Positions 23,046 to 33,344 of a stretch of 64,000 bases of DNA are shown piece by piece. Position numbers and translations under genes: made by a program. Under the pieces are notes generated by a model. That model did not search any database and was not told the DNA's origin. It saw only the letters and a program-made list of their open reading frames with translations. Within the stretch, counting starts at the first letter, position 1; each line of letters opens with the position of its first letter. The stretch is from Marsupella aquatica. Its lineage: Eukaryota > Plantae > Marchantiophyta. Location: the NCBI GenBank assembly GCA_973895155.1, contig OZ316899.1:15403974-15467973 (forward strand), written 5' to 3'.

Positions 23046-25684
23046 ATATCGCACACAATCCTTTCCAGTTTGGCCATACGATTCTGGATGCAGTTCCTGT
23101 CTATCAGAGGGCACTTGGCCGACTCATTGAAACACGCCAACCCGTGCCGATACAAAATCAAACGCGAATATGAGAGAGCCATCCGCCTAGCAGGCCGCCA
23201 CCACTATCTCCTTAACTTTGATTACCCATCCCAGAGCGAGCTTTACCGACCCAAAGAGATATCAGGGTACTTCTTTGATGGAGGCAAATATATCGGCTTC
23301 TGGGAGGCACTGCTTCGGCTTCCGGACGAGGTTTTCAATATCCCGGGCACGATTGACTTACAACGATACCACTTTGACCACATCCCCGCTTGGGTTCAGG
23401 ACATCATCAACAGCGAGTCCAGCACTACCCAGTCTACAAGCGCGTCTACACTTGCTTCAGAAAACCTCTACCAGCACCTGCAGAATTTCATGGCAACCGT
23501 ACCGTCAACCGCCGGTGCCAGCCCAGCCATGCCTATGCCCGCACCAGCACCAGCTCAGGCTCAGGCTCAGGCTCAAGCTCCGCCTCAGCCTAGCCAAACC
23601 CCTCCACTAGTCGCCCCGCCCATATAGGTGAGATCTGTCATCAACGCCGTAGATCTCAGCGACGACAAAGAGGCTACGTTACCCCTGTTCAGGCGGCCCA
23701 GAGGAGCAAGCACTGAGGGAGCTGGGACTACATCGCCCCCTCCCCAGGCCCGGACCCGAGTAGCAGCTCCAGCGGACAACATGGTGACCGTAGCCGCCCC
23801 GGCCCCAATACTAACGGCGGTGGCACTACCTATACCCGATCGAGAGGATGGGGAAGTGTCACCCTCCCAAGCCAGTCTTGGGGAAAGAAGAGGAAGGAAC
23901 CCACAGCTGTATCCGGGTAACCCATTGCCACGGAAGCCGCGGCCAAGGTGACAATGCACCGCATGGGGGAGAACGTGCATAAGAACATCCTCCACCCCAA
24001 ACATGCAGTGTACTTGAAGACTCAGGGGTTCGAGCACCTCGCCTCTCTCCCCTGGAACACCTGCAGGTACTACAAGGAGGACATGATGGAGTTCGTCAAG
24101 AATTATGATGACGTCCGTCACCATACTCCGCTGCAGGGGAGGAATATGTCCCTCACAGAAGAGCGGCTCAGGATGATCTTCGGGCTACCCGAGGGTGATC
24201 ACCGGGTTGAATCACGGGCTCCCGGGGGCAAAGGAGCCAAGTACCAATCCTCGAGTTTTCCCTCCAAGGGGTGAGTAGACAACGGGTTCGTGATGAGGAC
24301 CTGTCTCATCCCCAAAATAGCCGAGCGGCTGGAGTTCCAGAGCTATGCCCTCCACATGATGGAACCCCGGGGCGAGATCTCCGCTGCCCAGGTTATCCAG
24401 GTCGAGAACTATCGACCTAGGAAGTGGGCGTCGTACTTCACTAAGAAGTCCCATGAAGAGATGGAGTGGCGAAGGAAGGCGCTATACATTGGCGGGAAGG
24501 CGTATTTTGCGAGCCACATTGAGATCATTCTTGAGTGGTATGCCCGGTTTGATCGACGAACCCTTCCCTGGGTCAACATAACTAAGTTGGTCCCAGCTAG
24601 GTGGGTCTTCCCGGCCCTGGACAGACGGCCCCAACCCGAGGCCTGAAGTCTGGCAGCCACATAGGCCTCACCCACCCCACCTCCACAAGTAGCCATTTCC
24701 GTAGCCGTGGCCAAAGTGGTACCACATGAGGCAATGATTGCAACCTTAGATGCAATCAACCAGGCCGGGCTGAGAGCAGAAGTCAAAGCGATATAAGACT
24801 TGGCTAAGCCCGAGGGTCCAAAAGAGCCACCGGTGGCTATTCCGAAGGACAAGACGATGATGGAGGAAAACACTCCAGCCCCTTCCAAGCCTACATCCCC
24901 AAGGCTGGATGTCACTACCCCGGCCCCCGCGCGAGTTAACGTCTGCCCGTGCCCAAATCCGGATGGGCACAAACTGGACCACCCGGAACTCTTCGTACCG
25001 GGTACATTTCTGAACGGGCTTTTGGGAGATTTCTCCCAATAGATTGCCCAGGATACCGGGGAGTTCATGGCCTGGAGGTAGCCTACTTCTTCAATCAGGA
25101 GTTGGTTACCGTAGTAAAGGCAGGTCGGCCCAGTCGGAGACCTCTCAGAGGATGGAGTGGTACCGGGTTGAGTCCGTGTACCTAAAGGACAAAGTTGCAG
25201 CTCAAGAGGCTGAGCTTCTGCAACTACAACCCAGGGTTGCAGCCGCCGATGAGTTGTTAGCAAATGCGCACGCCCTTACCGCCCTAGCTGAACAGGCCAA
25301 AGCTGGGAAGGAGGCCAAGATTGCATGGCTCCGGACCGAGGTTGACAGTTTGAAGAACCAAACTGTCATCTGGCAGAAAGACCTAGAGGAGGCCGAAGAG
25401 CAGGCCCAGCGTGACACTGCGGAGATAGCCGCCCTACAGACCGAAGTGGCACGGCTTCAAGTTGAAGCCAAGAAACAAACCCAGGTGGTGGACAACTGAC
25501 AAACAACGCCCAACAACTGGAAGAGGCATGCCAGAAGGGAGTTGAGGAGACGGACGCGGCAAAGCGAGAGAACGAATCTTTGCTAGACCAAGTCCAGCTC
25601 CTCAAGACAGACAACGATAGACTCCGTAGGCAGCGGGATGGCCGCTCCCACTTGGACGGCTCTGGCAAGCGCACCAGGCATTAG
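23046..25684 (+). pseudogene. LTR-encoded accessory ORF (A3 5' LTR), about 880 codons when frameshifts are repaired
   Basis: Fragments 23070-23627, 23628-23951, 23948-24274, 24290-24646, 24800-25042 and 25044-25499, ending SGKRTRH*. The start ATG is mutated to ATA in this copy. Confidence 0.85.
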
Positions 25685-25885
25685 CAAAGGGTTAGGCTTA
25701 GAATAGAACTAGGAGTAGCTAAAATAGGTTGTTAGGACAAGCGCCGGCCAGAGGATAGCGGCGTTGACACATTAACCAGCCTGTGTAGAATAGGTTAGAC
25801 TAATAGGACAAGCCGTAACCAGCTTAGCGAGGATATAAGTTAGCATAGATTTGGGCACGAGGCCAGGCTGGTCCTCAGCCCTTAG

Positions 25886-25924
25886 TATTTAGCAGCCCCT
25901 CGGTAGAGGCAAGGGGGGGGGGGA
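25886..25924 (+). promoter_or_regulatory. Putative main LTR promoter (TATA-like element plus conserved downstream motif)
   Basis: TATTTAG-CAGCCCCTCGGTAGAGG-poly(G). The same motif, with TATATAG, occurs in solo LTR E (about 56194-56226 minus). Confidence 0.5.
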
Positions 25925-26581
25925 TTTTAGACTCAGAAGTTGGCCATTCGCGGTACGCGTGGGGAGTCCCAAACTCGATGAAGTACCGGAGTGCCAAGGG
26001 GAGGGTATACGACTAAGCTCGCTGGGTGAGTGCAGAGCCGGGCTCCGTTGTAGTGTATACTCCTCGGCCTTGGGCCCGTTCGTTCACGAGGTGTCGGGTC
26101 AACCAATCGTAAGTGTATGATCTTAAATGAATGAAATCCTTTCCCCTCAATTCCTTTGTGTAAATCGAGATTTATGTTTATGTGTAAATGCATGTATGAG
26201 TCTTGTGTGAAAGCATCAATGTCGGGCCAAACACGTTATGCCAAGTATGCACGGGGTGCAGGTTACGGATACGGGGTTGCAAGCCGGGGTTGAGCACTTG
26301 TACTAATGGATCCGGATTGAAGGCGGTAACACGAAGGCTTAGAAGTCCGTAAGCCGGGGTCGACCCCGTGTCGACTAAGGTACATTCCGGCGGCGGAACA
26401 CAAACTATACCTAGGAGGTGTCTGTACATAATAGTAAGCGCACTTAGCACTAGTTTACATGAGTTAGGAGAATTCCGTGCGTCCCTCCCTGCCCGAACCC
26501 TCATATTTACGAAGGATGTGCCTGTCTAAGCCAAAGCCCGGGTTAAGGCCTAGGCTGACAATGTGACATAGCCTTTGTTTT

Positions 26582-26599
26582 TGGCGCTAGATGGAGGGG
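26582..26599 (+). promoter_or_regulatory. PBS of A3, tRNA-Asn-like
   Basis: TGGCGCTAGATGGAGGGG. Its complement resembles the plant tRNA-Asn(GTT) 3' end CCCCTCCTTCTAGCGCCA, recalled from memory, with one mismatch. Confidence 0.7.
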
Positions 26600-26697
26600 A
26601 CACTAAACTTATAGTAGAGGGGAGACATGTTCGAATGCACCAGCGTGAGGTACACCAGGCCCCAGTTTGTTACTAACCATTGTCATTATACAAGTAG

Positions 26698-28860
26698 ATG
26701 CCCGTCACTCAATCTCAAGCCGCTTACTTGAGAAGATTGACCAGGGAACGAGAGAGTGTGGCCACAACAAGCTCCAAATCCTCAAGCTCAAAGGATTTGC
26801 TATCACCTCGACGAATGAATATACCATCGGGACCTTTGGGGTCCGGACCAGCCGGTCCTGCTCAGGTCCCTGTTGCGCCACCGCTAGCATTACCAATGGT
26901 AGCAGCCCCATCGGCTATGGCCCGCGCTGCCCAACCTCCCCCACAAGTATCACAACGGTCACGGTTTCATTATCAACCTTTCAAAGGGCGTCATGGGGAC
27001 GATCCGGATGAATGGTTGGATGAATTTGAAGCCACTGCTAAGGCCAATGGGGAAGATGCCATTAAACTAACCATCCTCCCTGGTATGATGCGGGGAGAAG
27101 CTCGTCCGTGGTACAACTCGCTGCCACCCGAGACTACATGGGCACAATTCCAAGCTGCATTGTTGCAAGAGATTCGTGCCATTGGATCAAAGCAGCGTTC
27201 TTTATTAAAGATTGGCCAGCTTTGCATGGGAAAGAAGGAATCCTTGCAAAAGTTTATTCAGAAGTTTCAGAAACTTGCCGCCAAGATCCGGCCCAGGCCA
27301 AGGGATGCGCTCCAGCTTACGTGGTTTCTCCATGGTTTGCCCATGAATATGCAATTTTGTGTGCGCCAAAATAACCCAACTTCAGTGCAAGCAGCCATAG
27401 CATGCGCCAAAACCTACCGGGAGTCCACTTGTAACTCTCGGCAAAGTCAACGGGCACGCCGACATAAGGGCAAATACGAGACCTTCAATGACAGTGACTC
27501 CAAATCGGACGACAAGAAGAAGAATAAACGCAAGAAGAAGAAGAAACGCAAGAAGAAGAAGAAACGCAAGAAGAAGAAGAAACATTGTTTGACCTTGTCT
27601 AGCTCGGAGACGGAATCTAGTTTGGATTCGACTTTGACCAGCGGATCCTCCACTTCCAATTCATCGAGAAGTGATTCAGAGAGCAAGAGCCAGAGCCAGA
27701 GCAAGAAGAAGAAGAGGCGAGCTAAGAAGGAAGAGAAGGTCAAGCCTTGTGTTCGACAAACGACCCCGATCCAAAGGCTGCTGAAGCAGACAAGCTCAAT
27801 GAAATTATGGATCGTCTCAAAGCATTGTCGGTACACCTTGCGGACAAGCCCGTGGAGAAAAAGAAACCTTCCGAGACCCGAGCACACGCATGGTGCTCCA
27901 AGTGTTTCCAATCCGGGCACGTGGTGCAAGAATGCCTGCGATGGAAGAATAGGGTCCATCAGGTGGATTTGGAGGACACTGACAGCCTGGGGCTAGAACC
28001 AAAGTCCACCAAGTACTTCTTTGAAGACGCCACGGATTCTGTCTACCAGATTTCCACGATGGGTCCACGCAACTTAGCTGGTAGAATGGCCTACCCTTAC
28101 CCAAACAATGGCAGGAATGTCCAGGTTATCAGTAACCCAAGCATTCCTCCTAAACCCGGGATTTGGCGATCCCCGGTTTGTTACAACTGTGAGAAGCCGG
28201 GCCACTTTGCCAGGGAATGCACCGAGTCAAGACAGTAGGGAGATGGCCAGGGCACTCCACTATGTCAAGTTTGCAAAATTGAGGCCCACTCCACGGCCAA
28301 TTTCTCCTTGGTGATCGCTGCCCGAGCAAGTGCAGCCAGACCGGCCCTGGGAGGTCCTGCTACTAGCGATGCGGTCATACAAATGATCGCTGTAGAATGG
28401 CAAGATGATACCACGGAATGGGTAAACCTGGTGGATGTGGTGGATCACCCAAACCCGTCGGAAAAAGTTGAGTGCTACCGCATGGCAACTTGAGCCAAAC
28501 GAAAGCAAGAGAAATAGGAAGAAAAGCGTCGGAAGAAGCAAGATACTACCCCGATGCAGCCAGTAGTAGAAATCTCCCCGGAGGAGGATGACGATTACTG
28601 ACAAGACAATCCAAAGCTATTCTTCCCCCGTATCAAAGAATTGGTTAAGAAGCAGTTGGAGGCTTATGAAGCACGCAAATACCAAAAGGCTATCGACAAG
28701 GATATCAAAGCAGCTGAAGCCGCCCAACGACAAGAGCAGGAGAAGCAACACGAGGAAGCCACCAGCGTCCCAAGGGAAGAAGGAGGACTATGATATTTGG
28801 CAAGACGTGAAAAGTTGCCCGGTCACGGCAATAGTAGGGCAATTACTACACAATAACCCT
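26698..28860 (+). pseudogene. gag: Family A gag with zinc knuckles, frameshifted
   Basis: FKGRHGDDPDEWLDEFE...LRGEA-like MRGEARPWY, knuckles CSKCFQSGHVVQEC and CYNCEKPGHFAREC. Confidence 0.9.
27514..27583 (+). repeat. 18-bp tandem repeat encoding KKKKKR, about 4 copies
   Basis: AAGAAGAAGAAGAAACGC units. Confidence 0.9.
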
Positions 28861-28941
28861 TAGTATCGACAACAACTAAGGCAGTTACTCACGGATCGAT
28901 GACGAGGGCGGCTACCCCGGGTAGGGACGGCAGATTGCAAC

Positions 28942-31900
28942 ATGATCTACGAAGACCTGGGGGCGCCGGACATATCTATTGAGATAAACAATTGCACCAT
29001 TAAGATGGTCCTGGTCGACGGCGGCGCGGGAGTCAACATCATGACTGAAGAAACATCGATCAAGCTGGGATATCTCACGTATCAACCCACTGCCCGGGCC
29101 ATCCGATTGGCTAACGGGGCATGGGTCCTTCCCTTAGGCACGCTCACGCGGGTGCTCACTCTTGTGGGGGGCGTTGAGTTCTACCTCAACTTCCTAGTGA
29201 TGAGGCCGGTGAGACCATCCTCTTATCCAGTTCTGCTGGGGAGGCCATGGTTGTACGGGGGCAATGTAGTCACGGATTGGGGAAAGAAAGAGTTGCGATT
29301 CGGAACACCCACCTTGCGAGTGTTGTGGGCCTTGGATGACTATCAAGGAGAGACACCACAAGGGCCAGAGGAATATGATTCAGAGACCTTGGAGGAAGAA
29401 GAGCTCAACATGATAGAGCTCATCTCATCTCTTTCCGAGGAAGATGTTTTTGGAATAGAGGCAACACGAGACACCCATCTCATGAACTACCCAAACAAAG
29501 ACACGTGCAACCTCAATTCCCCTAATCTCTCGACTAAGGTGCAGCCCGCTCAAAATCTCAGCCCGAAGGACACACAGAATGCAGCTCCAGCTAAGCACGG
29601 AGTTGAAGCCATTATGCATACCATCAACCCCTCAGGAAGCGAGGCCACCACGACCTCTGCCGAAGCCGAGATTTTGGGGCCCAATCATAAGAAGCAAGTA
29701 TCCTAGGACCCTTCTATCCCGATGGAAGAGGACGTGGTCGTAGCACCAGAGTCAAACCCGACCCCACCAACGTACGGAGGAGTCCGTTTAGCAGAGCTAG
29801 ACACTAGCCTGGACCCGGGCTTGCGTAATCAAGTAGAAGTCATCAAGAAGGAGCACTACCGGAAGTACACCACGGGGATGGATAAGACGTTCAACTTAGG
29901 CCACGCCTTGACAGGTGAGGCCGAGAAATCCATTCAGTCATTGCTCAAGGAGTATGAGGATGTATTCGCATGGAGCCATCATGACCTGACGGGTGTCTCC
30001 CCTGAGCTAGGAGAACACACGATCGACCTGAACCTAGGCGCACACACGGTACGGCAGTGCCAGCGACATATGAACCCAAGATATTCAATCTTGGTGAAAG
30101 AAGAAATTGATCGTCTACTGGCCGCGGATATCATTTACCCGGTAATGGCGAGTGATTGGGTATCACCCATTGTCATCGTGCCGAAAAAGGGAGGCACGGA
30201 AGGGAAACCCAAAATCCGCATTTGTCAAGATTATCGTAAGCTGAACGATGCTACCTGAAAGGACCACTATCCGTTACCATTCACGGACATGGTTCTGGAT
30301 ATGGTAGCCCGGAATGAAATCTACACCTTCCTTGATGGCTATTTGGGCTACAACCAGATTTGGATCCGTCTCTCGGATCAGCTAAACACTACGTTCACTA
30401 CCGAGTGGGGGACATTCGCATTTCAAAGGATGCCCTTCGGGCTGTGTAACGCCCCGGCCATGTTTCAGTGGCTCATGATGAATATTTTCCATGATTTCTT
30501 ACGGGAGTTTTTGGAAATATTCATCGATGACTTTGCCATCTTTAGAACGGTGGCCATGCATCCTGAACACCTACGATGTACTCTACAACAATGCCGGGAG
30601 GTTAACCTTAAGCTCCACCCGGGCAAGTGTTTCTTTGGGGTAGAAGAGGGAGTGCTGCTCGGCCATCGGGTATCCAAACGGGGTATTGAAGTGGACCAGG
30701 AGAAGGTAGCAGCCTGGATGGCAGTAGTGTTTCTTGTGGATCAAAAAGCTGTAAGATCTTTTCTAGGCTATGTTGGGTACTATCGCCGGTTCATTAAAGC
30801 CTTTGCTAGAATTGCGTTGCCCTTAACTGAGATGATGAAGAAGGACGCGGTGATCAAGGAGACACCTTGGAGACGGATTGCTTTTGAAGAACTCCGTAAA
30901 CGACTCACCACCGCACCTATCATGGTCACCCCGGACTGGAATAAGGAATTCCATGTGTATGTTGACGTATCCGGGTTCTGTATCGGGTCCGTGCTCAGTC
31001 AGCTTGATGAGAGCGGACGTGACCACCTCATCTACTTTGCTAGCCGTCAACTATTTGCAGCCAAGAAAAACTATTCTCCCACTGATCGAGAAGCTCTGGG
31101 CATTATCTACTCATGTAAGAAGTTCCGACACTATCTGCTCGGATATAAGGTCATATTCCACACGGATCATGATAGCCTAAAATACATGGTCAACAAAGTA
31201 GATGTCACGGGACGGATAGCCCGGTGGGTGTTACTACTGCAAGAGTTTAATTACAAAGTATGGGTTCAACCCGGGAAGGCGCACCTCAATGCTGATTTCT
31301 TTTCAAGACTGGACGGAGTACCGGTCAAGCAACCTATTAACGACACCTTCCCCAATGAGGAATTGTTCCACGTCCAGACGGGAGCGCCAACGTGGTATGG
31401 GCCAATCATTACGTTCCTTTTGACTGGGCGTATCCCCGACGGCATCAACCAAGAAGTGGCCGTCGCGTTTCTCCGAAAGGCGGGGCCATACATCATGATA
31501 CGGGGCCACTTACACCAGGAAGGAGTTAACGGGAAACTACGACGCTGCCTGGAGTACAAAGAAACTCTCATTGTGATGTGGGCCTTGCATGAAGAGGAAG
31601 CAGGAGGCCATTTTGCGGCTATAACCACCGCCCGGAAGATTCTCGACTTAGGGTATTGCTGGCCCACGTTGCATAGGGATGTACAACGCTTCATTAAGGG
31701 CTGTGACCTGTGTCAGCGGGCTGGGGCCCCAAGACGAGCTCATCATCACCCCCTCACGTCAGTTCTTCCCTTAGCACCTTTCAAAAAGTGGGGTATTGAT
31801 TATATCGGGCCGTTCACTCCCGTTATCTGAAGACAAAGATGCAAGTACATCCTTCTAGCTATAGATTACTCCACCAAGTGGGTCGAAGCACGAGCTACTA

Positions 31901-32450
31901 TGAGGGACGATGCTGCCACAAGCGCCTGGTTCTTATAGGAGCAGATCTTCACCCGGTTTGGGCCTCCCTTGGAATTAGTAAGCGACCGTGGAACACACTT
32001 CCTCAATGATACCGTAGCACTGCTTACAGAGCGTTACCTAGTCAAGCACCGCAAGAATACCCCATATCATCCTAAAGCCAACGGGCTGACAAAGAGAGCC
32101 AACGGTATCATAGGGAAGATCCTCAACAAGATGGTAGCTGCGCACAAAATGGATTGGGATGATAAGTTGTACGCAGTGGTGTACTTGTATAATCTAGCTT
32201 ACAAGACTACTACGAGTCACATCCCGTACTTTCTCGTGTTTGGCCAACATTCGTTGGTCCCCGTTGAGTTCAAAGTACACACTCCATGAGTCAGCATTTG
32301 GGATTGCTTACCCGAACCTGAAAGTTTGTCAGACCAAGCTTATCAGATTGAAGCCTTAGAAGAGGCACGGCTACTGGCAGCTCGACACACCGTAAAGCAG
32401 CAGGCAACTTCCAAGAAGCAGCACGACAAAGGACTACGGAAGATCGACGT
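28942..32450 (+). pseudogene. pol: Family A pol (PR-RT-RH-INT), continuing at 53136-53418
   Basis: VLVDGGAGVNIM, FLDGYLGYNQI, MPFGLCNAP, FIDDF, VDVSGFCIG, H-x6-H...CDLC, KWGIDYIGP, VSDRGTHF. In-frame stops. Confidence 0.95.
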
Positions 32451-33300
32451 TGTCGCGAGGACTTAAAGTTAGGGACTCCTTAGGCAAACTATGCATTTCT
32501 GGTTGCGATCGGGACAGGTGACAAGCACTTTTCGGAGCGAACTCTCATTCCTTTATATTTTTTACTTTTCTCACAAAGGTTACAATAGGTGCCCTCGAGT
32601 AAGCTTGCCCGCAAGAGTCTGGTAGCTGGCCCTACGGCGGGCCGCTACCTTTAACTTGTCGGGTAGAACTCCTCAAGTGACTAACTACTCAAAATCTGAC
32701 GGAAAAACTATCCTCCTTAGCTCACAAAACCAAAAACTTGACTAGCTACTCCACTAGTCTAAAATAGCTTGCACGGAACTCGGGCCTGGACCAACGAGGC
32801 TCCAAACTTGAGAAACCCTCGCCTGGATCAACAAGACTCCAAACTCGAGAAATCCCCGTCTGGATCAACGAGACTCCAGACTCGAGAAATTCCCCGCCTG
32901 GATCGAAAACTCCCCACCTGGATCGAAAACTCACTCAGAACTCAAAAATCGCCGCACAACAGTCCAGTTCCGCAGAACGGAGCGGAACTCACAGAACGCA
33001 ACTCAACAGATCTCAATAGACAACCGCCAACCTCAATGAGCCAAGCCTCAAGTCTTAAGTAGCATCGGAAACCCAACCATCCAGTCTGAGCCAGTTGCCA
33101 GCAGCGAGGCTCATCCAAACTCCAAGCCTGGTGACTCACCCAAACACCAAACCTGGTAACGACAAGTCACCCAATCGTCAAACCTCAATCCATCCAACCA
33201 AGCAGCCCCTCCGAGTCAGCATGCACGCAACCCAACCGGGAGGCCTCGCCCATCATCCCCTATAAAAGCCATTCTTGAGCCAAAATCTTTTGGCACGACA
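32451..33300 (-). mobile_element. 3' LTR of element B (850 bp)
   Basis: Matches 46535-46633 plus 52406-53131. Confidence 0.92.
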
Positions 33301-33344
33301 TCCTCCCGAGTAAACCTGAGCAATCTCCAATCTGCTCCAATCCA

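Larger units (their letters stand above)
22573..26568 (+). mobile_element. 5' LTR of A3 (3996 bp)
   Basis: TGTGACGC...TGTGACA. Repeated directly at 53386 onward. Confidence 0.92.

Noticed and set aside
26320-26400. Twister or hammerhead ribozyme
   Set aside because: GTCC(C/G)TAAGCCGG superficially recalls the twister core, but the downstream GAGGG pseudoknot partner and the hammerhead CTGANGA/GAAA cores are absent. Kept only as an unassigned structure.
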